A stretch of DNA of 64,000 nucleotides from Deltaproteobacteria bacterium (GCA_024275015.1 JAJRZW010000047.1:36328-100327); one strand, 5' to 3'. Shown: positions 37,777-46,680, counted from the stretch's first letter. Translations and numbers: made by a program. Notes: generated from the sequence alone by a model not told the origin.

Positions 37777-39183
37777 AACCGCTTCAGTCGTCAACCCCTT
37801 TGCCTCTTTCCCCGTCAGCATCATCTTCAACCTGAACCCGACCCGGCTGTTATGGGCGCCCATGGCGCGGTGACCCCGGTTGGCACAGCGAACGCTGCCG
37901 GGCTCATCCTTAAAACTGCCGCCCCTTCTCACCCGGTATGGTGATCCGGAGTTGACCAGCGGATTGTTTTCACTGTGCTGGCGGTAGCCATCGAAAAGGT
38001 AGGTGTCGGCGGTCCACTCCCAGACGTTTCCCAACATGTCATAGAGGCCGAGGGGATTGGCGGCAAAACTCGCCACCGGGGCGGTGACCGCGAAACCGTC
38101 GTCGCAGTCATGAGCAATGCGGCCGCTCTTAAGCTCCTCTTCGCCGCCGCGGTCAAGGACATTGCCGTAGCGGCAGGCCTCGTCCGCGTCCCAACCCCAG
38201 AAACGCGGGGTATCGGTCCCGGCGCGACAGGCAAATTCCCATTCAGCCTCGCTCGGAAGCGAAAATACCCGGTCAGGGTATTGCGCCGAAAGCCAGGCGG
38301 CAAAATCGCGGGCATCCTTCCAGCTGACATAGGTCACCGGCTGATTGTCAAGGTTGAGGCTGTGACCGCGAAAGTCAAGACTGTCGTGTTCGGGACGGAA
38401 CAAGCGGAACTGGGCGTTGGTGACCTCGGCGCGGCCGAGCCAGAAATCGTCAAGGCAGACCCGGTGCCGCGGCCCCTCGTCGCCGTAAAGGCGGCGATAT
38501 CGTGACGGGCCGTATTCGCTCAAGAGCCTTTTCTTCTCTTTTTCCTCCTGGCCCATCTGATAACAGTCGCCCCGGGCGATAACAAATTCCATCCCGGTCA
38601 CCTTTTCCTTAAACACCGCCCCGGCCACGGCCAGTTTTACCCCTTCATCGCGTCCGCCAGCCACCTCTGATTCGGTCGCGTTTCTTTTTTCAGCGGCAGT
38701 GGCGGTACCGGCGAGAATCCGGGCCAGGGTGGAGATTTTGGCCGCGGCATGGCTGAAATCCGCCCCCCTGATCTCGGCGGTGCGGGTCACGGTTCCGGAA
38801 TCGCTGTCAATCAGCCGGGCGGTGACCGTTACCCTGCCGTCCCAGGCCATAACCACCCCGGCGACCAGGGCGTCAACCCCGTACAGGTGGCCTATTTTCG
38901 CGCCACTGGCAGGATCGACCACCCCGGAAAGAGCGAGTTTCTGCTCCGCGAGAACTTTTTTCAACAATACCCGTTCCTGAAGGGTAAAGGTATTACAATG
39001 CCCCAGGGCGCTGACCAGCATGTCGGCAACCATGGCCCCGGCATCGGGAGGCAGGGACTCACCCCGGCGATCAAACTCAAGCACCGCGATCCGGGGACAT
39101 TTTTTTCCCGCCGTTGCCGGAGAAGGGGCAAAAAGACCGACCACGATCATCAGGATAACGGGGAGGACAGGGACATTGCGCAT
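37729..39183 (-). CDS. secreted CsgG/LpoB-like domain fused to FGE-sulfatase (SUMF1/EgtB/PvdO) domain
   Basis: Signal peptide. N-terminus RIAVLEFD...GVDALVAGVV is CsgG/LpoB-like. C-terminus has LGNVWEWTAD...RVRRGGSF...VGFRL. Confidence 0.85.
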   Translation of the reverse strand: MRNVPVLPVILMIVVGLFAPSPATAGKKCPRIAVLEFDRRGESLPPDAGAMVADMLVSALGHCNTFTLQERVLLKKVLAEQKLALSGVVDPASGAKIGHLYGVDALVAGVVMAWDGRVTVTARLIDSDSGTVTRTAEIRGADFSHAAAKISTLARILAGTATAAEKRNATESEVAGGRDEGVKLAVAGAVFKEKVTGMEFVIARGDCYQMGQEEKEKKRLLSEYGPSRYRRLYGDEGPRHRVCLDDFWLGRAEVTNAQFRLFRPEHDSLDFRGHSLNLDNQPVTYVSWKDARDFAAWLSAQYPDRVFSLPSEAEWEFACRAGTDTPRFWGWDADEACRYGNVLDRGGEEELKSGRIAHDCDDGFAVTAPVASFAANPLGLYDMLGNVWEWTADTYLFDGYRQHSENNPLVNSGSPYRVRRGGSFKDEPGSVRCANRGHRAMGAHNSRVGFRLKMMLTGKEAKGLTTEAVSAVNSAVKYPADIGR

Positions 39184-39201
39184 TGCGGGTCTCCAGGAGC
39201 A

Positions 39202-40227
39202 TCAGGGGTAAAAATTATCAGTGGCGCGGGCAAAGGCCTCAAGAACCCGCGGCATTCTGACATTATAACGACTAAGGGCGCCGGCTGACATGGAAATCAC
39301 ATACTGTGAGGCACGCCGCACCGGAATCTCGCTTATTCTACGGCGATGGCTCAGGAGATCAAGGGCCATTCCCGCCGCGACCTCGCCCTGCTCATAGGGC
39401 GAGACCCCCACCGAAAGCATGGCCCCGTCGCGGGAGTTGAAGACGTTCATCCCGATCACCGGCACATCGAGATTCGCAGTGGTCCAGGCCATCACCTCTT
39501 TCGGCGGGACAAAACCGTCGCGGCCGAATTTGCGCGGCAGTTTACGGTAACCCGAGACCAGGAGGTAGTCGATTTTACCGTTAAGCGAGATCACCTTTTC
39601 CTTCCAGCGTTTAAAATCCGGGACAATAAAACCGCCTAAATACTCATGCGGCGACCAGTCGCAGCCGCAGGCGCTCTTGACGTCACAACGACTTGAAAAA
39701 GCAGAATCGGATACATAGGCAAGACGCAGGGGATGATCAAGGCCGCCGGCAAGGATGTCCAGGATCTCGCGCAGGGCCGGGATCTGCTTTCTCTCAAGGA
39801 TACCGGTGACATTGGCCGCGCCTTTATAGCCGTAGGTTTCGATGTCGCCGTTGACCCCGGCAAAAACGATCTTTATTCCCGGTTTATTGACATAACAACT
39901 CGCCACCAGTTTCTGGGCGTAATCGTCAACCGCGAGGATAATATCGGGACGGAAATCTTCCACCGCCTTGCGCCCGGCGGCCGCGGCCCGCCTGAGCGAC
40001 GGGGCATCGGAAAACTTCTTGGTCCGCATATAATGATGACGCACGGTGATCCAGCAGTTTTCGTCGAGCCGCCTCCTGATCCCGTCCTCCACCTCGCGGG
40101 TCCAGACATAATCGCTGTCGTAACTCTCAAGCACCAGCAACCTCGGCTTGTGATAATTTTCCCACAGCACCAGGATACCGGTGACAACAAAGAAAAAAAG
40201 CATTGTCAGGCGGACGCTCTTGTTCAT
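39202..40227 (-). CDS. membrane-anchored periplasmic-binding-protein-like protein (ABC_sub_bind type)
   Basis: ATG 40227 (MNKSVRLTMLFFFVV...) overlaps the upstream stop (ATGA). The pattern LVLESYDSDYVWT ... IVFAGVN ... NVTGI is typical of PF04392-like sensor/PBP modules. Confidence 0.7.
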   Translation of the reverse strand: MNKSVRLTMLFFFVVTGILVLWENYHKPRLLVLESYDSDYVWTREVEDGIRRRLDENCWITVRHHYMRTKKFSDAPSLRRAAAAGRKAVEDFRPDIILAVDDYAQKLVASCYVNKPGIKIVFAGVNGDIETYGYKGAANVTGILERKQIPALREILDILAGGLDHPLRLAYVSDSAFSSRCDVKSACGCDWSPHEYLGGFIVPDFKRWKEKVISLNGKIDYLLVSGYRKLPRKFGRDGFVPPKEVMAWTTANLDVPVIGMNVFNSRDGAMLSVGVSPYEQGEVAAGMALDLLSHRRRISEIPVRRASQYVISMSAGALSRYNVRMPRVLEAFARATDNFYP

Positions 40228-42062
40228 AACAGCCCCAGAAAACGCCACCAAGGCAACGACAGGTAAATGGCCGCGACTTTCATGACGATTATCAACAGGT
40301 TGAACGGCACAGTCCGACGGTCCTGGGAGGGGTGGCCGTAGCCGGTGAGGGAACAGTATTGGAGATAATAGGAGGCCTGGTAAGGCATTAACCAGGTCTC
40401 GGCTAAAAAGAGGACCATGAAACCGATTATCCACGGATTCACACCGCTGGCCTGGGCCGCGGGCATGAGCAGGGTAAGAAAGATGACCGCGGTGGCGTTG
40501 ATCGGCAGCATCAGCCTGACGGCGAACACAGTCAGGGCCAGAAGGATGATGAACAGGTTGAGGTCATGGACCATATATCCGGTGAGCCAGGAACATTTGT
40601 CCGCCAGCCACAGGTCAACCCCGACCGCGCGCATGGTCTTCACCATGCCGATAAGTCCGCCGAGAAAAAAGAGAAAGGACCAGTCAATACTGCGGCGAAA
40701 AGCGTCCCGGTCGAGAAAACCGAACATCAGCAGGCCGAAGAGGACCGAAAGGGCGATCCAAGGAACCTCGATCCGGTGAATGGCACTGGTGGCAAGGCTT
40801 ATGGCAAAAGCGAAAACCCCCGCCAGGGCCGCGATCTCGGCCGCGGACAGAGGCCCGAGGAGGGCAATCTGGCTCCGGACCGTTTCCCGGCCCAGGTTTG
40901 CCACGCCTTCGCTGCGAAAAAAGATACTCCAGAAAACGAGAAAAAACAGTAGCAGGGCCAGACCGGCGGCACTGGCCGCCACCAGCCAGTAGACCCATTG
41001 AAAGCGCAGCTGCTCCTGGGCCGGCAGGTAGCCAAACATGATAAAATTTATCGACTTGCTGCTCAGGAATATCGCCGAAAAGATACTTGTCCCCGCTAAA
41101 GCGCTGATCGAAAGCCGGGCCGCGGCCCGCTTTCGCGCCGACCCGGTAAGGGAGCCTAAAAGCTCCTGGACAAAGGGGCTGACGATGGCAACGCGGCCGT
41201 TGGCGCTGGGGATAATCGGGGTAAGGATCAGACCGACCATGAAGACACAGAAATTATGCCACCAGCGGGATTTGGGCCGGGCGCCGATCAACAGCAGAAG
41301 GACGCGGAATCCCAGACCCGAGGCGCGGATGACGGTGCCGAGGCCGAGGACGCTCATGGCCATGAAAAAACTGTCCGAGGCAAAGCCCGAGAGGATGGTC
41401 TGCGGCGGCGCCACCCCGAATATGATCATCGCCAGCACCCCGAAAAGAACCGGGATAAAATCAGGCAGGAGACGGAACATCCACATTACCGCGACACTTG
41501 AGAGGATGGCGAGAAAATAGCGGGAATGAAGCGCGGTAAGAACGGGATTGTGGCGGAGGGAAAACAGGAGAACGGCGGGGACGAGCATCGCCATGATCCA
41601 GCCCGCGACCTCCCGCCATGAACCCGAAGACCGATCCGCTTCTGCCGCAGAAGCAACCGTAGACATCGGACCGGTAAAGCGGGCCGCAAGCGACCTTGAG
41701 GCCCGACGGATGATCCCGGGACAGGATGTTTCAAGGTCTTTCAGGAAATCAAGGGAGATGACATAAACCAGGCTGTCAACCGCCGCCGTCACCCGGCCGA
41801 TACCGGCGTCAATCCCCAGCAGGCCCTCCTCGCCGCAGATGCCGACCGGGACCGGATCTCCCTGATCAGGGATAAAGAGCAGACCGCCAGAGGCCAGGAA
41901 AAAAACCTCTTCAAGCGGTTCTCCGGACCCGGCAAGCACTTCCCCGGCCGCGACCTTTCTCTCTTTGAGATGAGGGAGGAGTCTGGCCCGGATCAGGGGG
42001 GCGCAATCATCAAAAAATTGATGATTTGCCAAAAAGTCACGCCGTGGTTCCGTGGGGTTCAT
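40224..42062 (-). CDS. cNMP-binding domain fused to SLC13/DASS (ArsB/NhaD-superfamily) permease
   Basis: The N-terminal ~120 aa form a cNMP-binding-like beta-roll (EVFFLASGGLLFI...GEEGLLG). About 480 aa of polytopic anion-permease-like sequence follow. Confidence 0.78.
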   Translation of the reverse strand: MNPTEPRRDFLANHQFFDDCAPLIRARLLPHLKERKVAAGEVLAGSGEPLEEVFFLASGGLLFIPDQGDPVPVGICGEEGLLGIDAGIGRVTAAVDSLVYVISLDFLKDLETSCPGIIRRASRSLAARFTGPMSTVASAAEADRSSGSWREVAGWIMAMLVPAVLLFSLRHNPVLTALHSRYFLAILSSVAVMWMFRLLPDFIPVLFGVLAMIIFGVAPPQTILSGFASDSFFMAMSVLGLGTVIRASGLGFRVLLLLIGARPKSRWWHNFCVFMVGLILTPIIPSANGRVAIVSPFVQELLGSLTGSARKRAAARLSISALAGTSIFSAIFLSSKSINFIMFGYLPAQEQLRFQWVYWLVAASAAGLALLLFFLVFWSIFFRSEGVANLGRETVRSQIALLGPLSAAEIAALAGVFAFAISLATSAIHRIEVPWIALSVLFGLLMFGFLDRDAFRRSIDWSFLFFLGGLIGMVKTMRAVGVDLWLADKCSWLTGYMVHDLNLFIILLALTVFAVRLMLPINATAVIFLTLLMPAAQASGVNPWIIGFMVLFLAETWLMPYQASYYLQYCSLTGYGHPSQDRRTVPFNLLIIVMKVAAIYLSLPWWRFLGLL

Positions 42063-42089
42063 ATTATCCGGCAGTGATCGGTAGATTAT

Positions 42090-42449
42090 TCTGAATCCGT
42101 GACGGTTTCATGGCCATTGCGCGCAGACCTTGAACGCACGCGGTTTACGCAAGCTTCGGGCTTTTGACCCCGCCGTCCTCTATCAGACTGTTGAAAAAGC
42201 CGTCCTGGCTTTTTCAACTTCCGGTTGGCCAAAACAAGTTCCGGCCAACCTCTCGATTTTATTGATTTTTTCAAACCCAATAAAATCGGCGGCGCGTCCA
42301 TCCACCGCGACCAGCCCGTTTTTCAACGGACTGATAGATAGCAAAAACCGACCGCTTGCCCTGTCGGCGACCCGTTGATATACCGAAGTGCTACAACAAT
42401 ACGTCGCCTAATGGTATCCGGCCCCTTTCCTAACGCTCACGGATCCAGA
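42090..42449 (+). mobile_element. MITE-D copy (TIR YCTGAATCCGTGA) with a 250-bp internal insertion containing an HCE
   Basis: Left end TCTGAATCCGTGAC and right end GCTCACGGATCCAGA. Internal ACCCCGCCGTCCTC and TAACGCTCACGG are contiguous in the short copy at 59378-59499. Confidence 0.75.
42181..42337 (+). repeat. HCE copy (157 bp), nested inside MITE-D
   Basis: TATCAGACTGTTGAAAAAGCCGTCCTGGCTTTTTCAAC...GGTTGGCCAAAACAAGTTCCGGCCAACC...AAAATCGGCGGCGCGTCCAT...CCCGTTTTTCAACGGACTGATAG. Confidence 0.85.
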
Positions 42450-42512
42450 AAAATACAGAAATTTTTACTGCGCCTTAAAACTTTCTATTCGCTACTTAAA
42501 TATTTTGCAAGG

Positions 42513-42535
42513 AATGAGTGCTGATGGACTCGTAA
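42513..42535. repeat. solo hairpin displaying the TCGTAACAA terminal motif in its loop
   Basis: GATGGAC-TCGTAACAA-GTCCATC. The same motif ends MITE-B and REP-C copies. Confidence 0.5.
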
Positions 42536-42601
42536 CAAGTCCATCATGAGTAGCAGTGCCGTTTTTATAAATGAGGATTTTCGTTCGAGATAAAGGCTCG
42601 C

Positions 42602-42639
42602 AAAAAAAGGACCGGCCCCGCACTGGGACCGGCCCTTTT
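42602..42639 (-). terminator. intrinsic terminator downstream of the DUF1566 gene (bidirectional shape)
   Basis: Minus strand: GGGCCGGTCCC-AGTGC-GGGGCCGGTCC followed by TTTTTTT. On the + strand the hairpin is followed by TTTT. Confidence 0.6.
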
Positions 42640-42663
42640 AAGGAAGGGAGAGGAGGGGTAATT

Positions 42664-43611
42664 TCAGATGCTGCGGCATACACGGCCGAAACCGCCGGGA
42701 TTAGTGCCCGAGGCCCAGAATACCGTGCCCTGCTTATAGTCAATAAACCAATAGCCCCCGGGTTTACGCTGGTCGGCGGCAAAAATGAAGGGCTGACGGT
42801 CGGAAAAACATTCGTCCAGATACTGGCCGCGGCTGTTTTTTTCCGACCGCATCAGGCTCGCGGCCTCGACCACGGTGGGAAGGCGCCAATCGTTATGGCC
42901 GGCGAAATTGTCCCGATTCAGTTTAGCGACATATTTCCTGACCCGGAGGATATTGCTGATATCATAGCCGCTGCGCTGCCACATAAGCCCGGTTTTAAGG
43001 TCAACCACGGTGGCGTTATCGCCGTTGTCCATTAGCTTGCCGTGGAATCCGCCGCCGGGATTGTAAAGGGAATCGTAAAAATCCGTGGCCTTGAGCAGTT
43101 GCGACAGATCTTCCTCCTGCAAAAATTCCGGCCGACTGCGCAACTGCAGCGCGGCCTTATAATTTCCCGGGGCGGCAAGGTAAACGGGAAGACCGGTTTC
43201 AACCAGTTCCGCCGCTTCAGTCGGGGCCTTTATCGGTTCGACCAGGGACTCAAGTTCATCCTCAAGGATATTGTTTATCAGCCATTCTTTTAAAAGGCCG
43301 TTAACCTCGTAGCTGCGATCAAGATTCACCTTTTTCCCCTGGCCTTTCATGCAGCGAGCGACCATCTCCTCCGGGGCCTTGATTTTCGCCACCACCTGGG
43401 CGTGCTTGACCCCGCGTTCCATCAGACAGACCTGGGGCGGATCCTGCCAGGCATCAATGAAAAAATAATAAAATTTTTCGTTATTATTGCGGATTCGTTC
43501 GCCGTCCTTGCCACCCCAGCTTTCAAACATGGTAAAAGTCATTTCCGGGGTGATGTCCCAGTCGATGGCCAGTCCGTTGCCCTCAAGGCCAAGACGTTCA
43601 AGCATTGCCAT
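42664..43611 (-). CDS. DUF1566 (Lcl C-terminal-like) domain protein with unrecognised N-terminal domain
   Basis: The C-terminus (GLMWQRSG...DWRLPTVVEAASL...) is DUF1566-like. No family was recognised for the N-terminal ~180 aa. No signal peptide. Strong RBS AAGGAGAG. Confidence 0.7.
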   Translation of the reverse strand: MAMLERLGLEGNGLAIDWDITPEMTFTMFESWGGKDGERIRNNNEKFYYFFIDAWQDPPQVCLMERGVKHAQVVAKIKAPEEMVARCMKGQGKKVNLDRSYEVNGLLKEWLINNILEDELESLVEPIKAPTEAAELVETGLPVYLAAPGNYKAALQLRSRPEFLQEEDLSQLLKATDFYDSLYNPGGGFHGKLMDNGDNATVVDLKTGLMWQRSGYDISNILRVRKYVAKLNRDNFAGHNDWRLPTVVEAASLMRSEKNSRGQYLDECFSDRQPFIFAADQRKPGGYWFIDYKQGTVFWASGTNPGGFGRVCRSI

Positions 43612-43821
43612 GATCTCTCTCCTTAGAATAACAGTTGCGTTTGCCTCTGAACCGGTAACGGATTCAGGTTCCTGAAAAACCCCCGGGCCGGAAGACCGGC
43701 CCGGGACACCGCCTGGCCTGTACCGGTAATTTCACTTGCGGGGAAATTATCCGGTATAATAAAATTGCCCCCTTGTTTATATTTAATAATAATTATTACT
43801 AAAAAAGTCAAAGGTTTTTTC

Positions 43822-45912
43822 TTGAAACCATTTTTCACTAGTCCCGGATCTCCCCTGCCCCTGGGTACGAGTCTGCATCCGGACGGGGTCAACTTCAGTC
43901 TCTTTTCCCGCCACGGACAAAAAGTGGAACTGATATTGTTCAGGCCCCATGATGATGAAATTTTCGCCGCCATTGAGCTTGACCCCCGGATCAACCGCAC
44001 CGGTGATCTCTGGCATATCAAGATCCACGACCTTGATCCCGCCATGCGCTACGGCTATCGGGTCGCAGGTCCGGTTGACCGTGGGAAAAACCGTCACCGT
44101 TTTAACCCGGAAACCATTCTTCTCGACCCTTACGCCCGGGGGCTGAGTAACGGCTCAGTCTGGGGAGAGAAACGCGAAAGGAAAGGCGGCGGGACCGCCG
44201 AGGCCGCTTTCCGCCGCCGAAGCCTGATCATCGCCGACGACTTTGACTGGGAAGGAGACCGGCCCCTGAACCGCCCCCTGTCCGAGAGCATCATCTATGA
44301 ACTCCATGTCCGCGGCTTTACCATTGCCCCGGGTGCCGGGGTTAAAGACCCGGGGACCTACGCCGGCCTGATCGAAAAAATCCCCTATCTCAAGGAACTG
44401 GGGATAACCGCGGTCGAGCTCCTGCCGATATGTGAATTTGACGAATTGGACAATCCCAATATCCCCCCCGGAGCCGACATGCCGCTGAAGAATTATTGGG
44501 GCTACAGTTCCCTGGCCTTTTTCGCCCCCAAGGCCGCCTATTGCGCCAACGGCAGCGACGGCAATCAGGTGCGCGAATTCAAGGAGATGGTCAAACAGAT
44601 GCACCGGGCCGGACTCGAAGTCATCCTCGACATGGTCTTTAATCATACCGGCGAGGGCGACGCCACCGGCCCGACCATAAACTTCCGCGGTCTCGACAAC
44701 TCCATTTACTACCTCCTTGATCCCTGCAACGGCGCCTATCTCAATTATTCCGGCTGCGGCAATACCATGAACTGCAATCATCCCCTGGTCCGCAACCTGA
44801 TCATGGACTGCCTCCGTTACTGGGTCTGCGAGATGCATGTGGATGGTTTCCGTTTTGATCTCGCCTCGATCATGGGCCGCGACCGTGAAGGCCGACCGAT
44901 GGCCAACCCGCCGATGGTCGAACAGATCGCCGAGGACCCGGTCCTGGCCAATACCAAGCTTATCGCCGAGGCTTGGGACGCCGTCGGTCTGTACCAGGTA
45001 GGCAGCTTTTCCAAGAGCAGCCGCTGGGCGGAATGGAACGGCCGTTTTCGCGACCAGGTCAAGGGCTTTATGGCCGCAAAACCGGTGTCGGCGGCGCAGC
45101 TGGCCACCCGGATCGCCGGCTCCGCCGACCTCTACCAGGCCAACGGCCGCGGCCCGGCCAACTCGATCAATTATATCTCCTGCCACGACGGTTTTACCCT
45201 GAGCGATCTGGTCAGCTTCAGCCGCAAGCATAACCAGGCCAACGGCGAGGGCAACCGTGACGGCATGGATGATCACTTTATCTGGAACAGCGGCTGTGAA
45301 GGACCCTGCGATAACCCGAGGATAAACGCCCTGCGGCGACGACGGATAAAGAGCATGGCCGCGATTCTCCTTTTGTCCCAAGGGACGCCGATGCTCCTGG
45401 CCGGGGATGAATTCGGCCGCAGCCAGCAGGGCAACAACAACGCCTGGTGCCAGGACAACCCCATAAGCTGGATCGACTGGTCTCTGGCAGAGAAAAACCA
45501 TGACCTCCTGCGTTTTTTTAAAGGCCTGATCACTCTGCGCCGGGAGCATTCCCTCTTCCGCCGTGATAATTTTTTCCCCGTTGACAACGAGGACGAGGTG
45601 ATCTGGCACAGCACCGGTGGCACCCCCGACTGGGGGGCCAAGTGTCGGACCTTGGCGGTTTATCTCTGTCACCAGCCCGACGACGCCGCGGCCCTTGACT
45701 TTTATTTCTTTATCAACGGCTCCATGCAGTCGCTTCCCTTCAAGCTCGATCCCCGTCTCGGTCACAGGAGCTGGCGGCTGGTCATCGACAGCGCCGCCGC
45801 GCCACCGGATGATTTCTTCCCTCCCGGACAGGGCCCGGATATGGCGGACAAAGAGATAATAACGGTGAGGAATATGGCGGTGGTTCTGCTGGCGGCAAGC
45901 GGAAAAAAATAA
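43822..45912 (+). CDS. glgX: glycogen debranching enzyme
   Basis: GH13 motifs DMVFNHT, GFRFDLAS, EAWD and CHDGFTL. The start is probably TTG at 43822; the ORF-track ATG at 43765 adds 19 AT-rich codons. Confidence 0.92.
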   Translation: MKPFFTSPGSPLPLGTSLHPDGVNFSLFSRHGQKVELILFRPHDDEIFAAIELDPRINRTGDLWHIKIHDLDPAMRYGYRVAGPVDRGKNRHRFNPETILLDPYARGLSNGSVWGEKRERKGGGTAEAAFRRRSLIIADDFDWEGDRPLNRPLSESIIYELHVRGFTIAPGAGVKDPGTYAGLIEKIPYLKELGITAVELLPICEFDELDNPNIPPGADMPLKNYWGYSSLAFFAPKAAYCANGSDGNQVREFKEMVKQMHRAGLEVILDMVFNHTGEGDATGPTINFRGLDNSIYYLLDPCNGAYLNYSGCGNTMNCNHPLVRNLIMDCLRYWVCEMHVDGFRFDLASIMGRDREGRPMANPPMVEQIAEDPVLANTKLIAEAWDAVGLYQVGSFSKSSRWAEWNGRFRDQVKGFMAAKPVSAAQLATRIAGSADLYQANGRGPANSINYISCHDGFTLSDLVSFSRKHNQANGEGNRDGMDDHFIWNSGCEGPCDNPRINALRRRRIKSMAAILLLSQGTPMLLAGDEFGRSQQGNNNAWCQDNPISWIDWSLAEKNHDLLRFFKGLITLRREHSLFRRDNFFPVDNEDEVIWHSTGGTPDWGAKCRTLAVYLCHQPDDAAALDFYFFINGSMQSLPFKLDPRLGHRSWRLVIDSAAAPPDDFFPPGQGPDMADKEIITVRNMAVVLLAASGKK

Positions 45913-45952
45913 AAAAGGTAACATTCGGTCAATACTGCCGCTTAAATAATGT

Positions 45953-46033
45953 AAGCGATCAATTAACCACACCTGATGGAAAAACAATCGCACTCTGTAA
46001 GGGTTTCATGGACGTCGCCATGGAGCGCTTACA
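45953..46033. mobile_element. MITE-A copy (81 bp)
   Basis: TAAGCGATC...GAGCGCTTAC ends. The flanks TAAATAATG and AGAATAACG match at 6 of 9 positions (decayed TSD). Confidence 0.7.
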
Positions 46034-46086
46034 GAATAACGACCAAGCCCCCCTGCCAGGGGGGATTCAAGCCAGGAGGAATACCC

Positions 46087-46608
46087 ATGGGCGCGGAAGC
46101 GATAATTTATCTGATCGGTGATTCTATGATTGAATTCGGTGACTGGAACAGCCTTCTGCCCGGCCGCACCGCCGTCAACCTCGGCTGTTCAGGGGAGACC
46201 GCCTTCGATACCCTGACGCGACTGGACGAGATCGCCGGCCGCGATGAAACCCCGGATATAATCCTGTTCATGACCGGCACCAACAACGTCGCCATGGAGG
46301 AATTCGCCTTTTATCAGATGTACGACGAGATCATCGCCAGAGCCAGGAAACATTGGCCCCCAAGCCGCCTGATAATCAACAGCCTGCTGCCTATGAACCT
46401 TGCATACCTCGCCGACGATGCCATCAGCGGCATCAATAAAGAGCTGGCCGCCGGGGCTGAACGTCTCGGGGTGGAATTTTTAGACGCCTTTACCCCCTTA
46501 AGCGCCGATAACGGCAAGGCGGAGGACGGCATCCTCGCCGACGAAGTCCACATCACCGACAAAGGCTACCGCCGCTGGGCCGGGATCATCAACGCCGCCA
46601 TCTCCTGA
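46087..46608 (+). CDS. SGNH/GDSL-family hydrolase
   Basis: Blocks LIGDSMIEFG, GTNN and DEVHIT. ATG at 46087; the upstream extension in the ORF track translates a MITE. Confidence 0.8.
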   Translation: MGAEAIIYLIGDSMIEFGDWNSLLPGRTAVNLGCSGETAFDTLTRLDEIAGRDETPDIILFMTGTNNVAMEEFAFYQMYDEIIARARKHWPPSRLIINSLLPMNLAYLADDAISGINKELAAGAERLGVEFLDAFTPLSADNGKAEDGILADEVHITDKGYRRWAGIINAAIS

Positions 46609-46680
46609 CCCGGACGCCCACAACTTCAGATCCGTCTTTATCACATATTCGCCCGTTCTCCTCCCCGGTCCATTCCAATC

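Noticed and set aside
42086-42301. Small ORFs sharing peptide strings such as MDAPPIL, SMRRDQ and HSVRVS (42086..42301, 54563..54880, 28249..28509, 22478..22846, and the N-terminal extensions of 7843..9333, 45976..46608 and 62091..63140)
   Set aside because: The shared peptides are translations of the HCE and MITE-A repeats in different contexts and orientations. There are no RBSs, the frames are not conserved between copies, and better downstream starts with an SD exist for the real genes.
37729-43611. Diversity-generating retroelement hypothesis: both FGE-sulfatase and DUF1566 domains are C-type-lectin-fold families known as DGR variable-protein scaffolds
   Set aside because: There is no reverse transcriptase gene in the window. 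I could find no template/variable repeat pair matching either gene's 3' end, and no Asn/AAC-rich C-terminal segment. An RT outside the window cannot be excluded.
44155-45993. 612-aa ORF on the minus strand
   Set aside because: Antisense shadow of glgX. No motifs, Gly/Ala/Val/Pro/Arg-rich composition.
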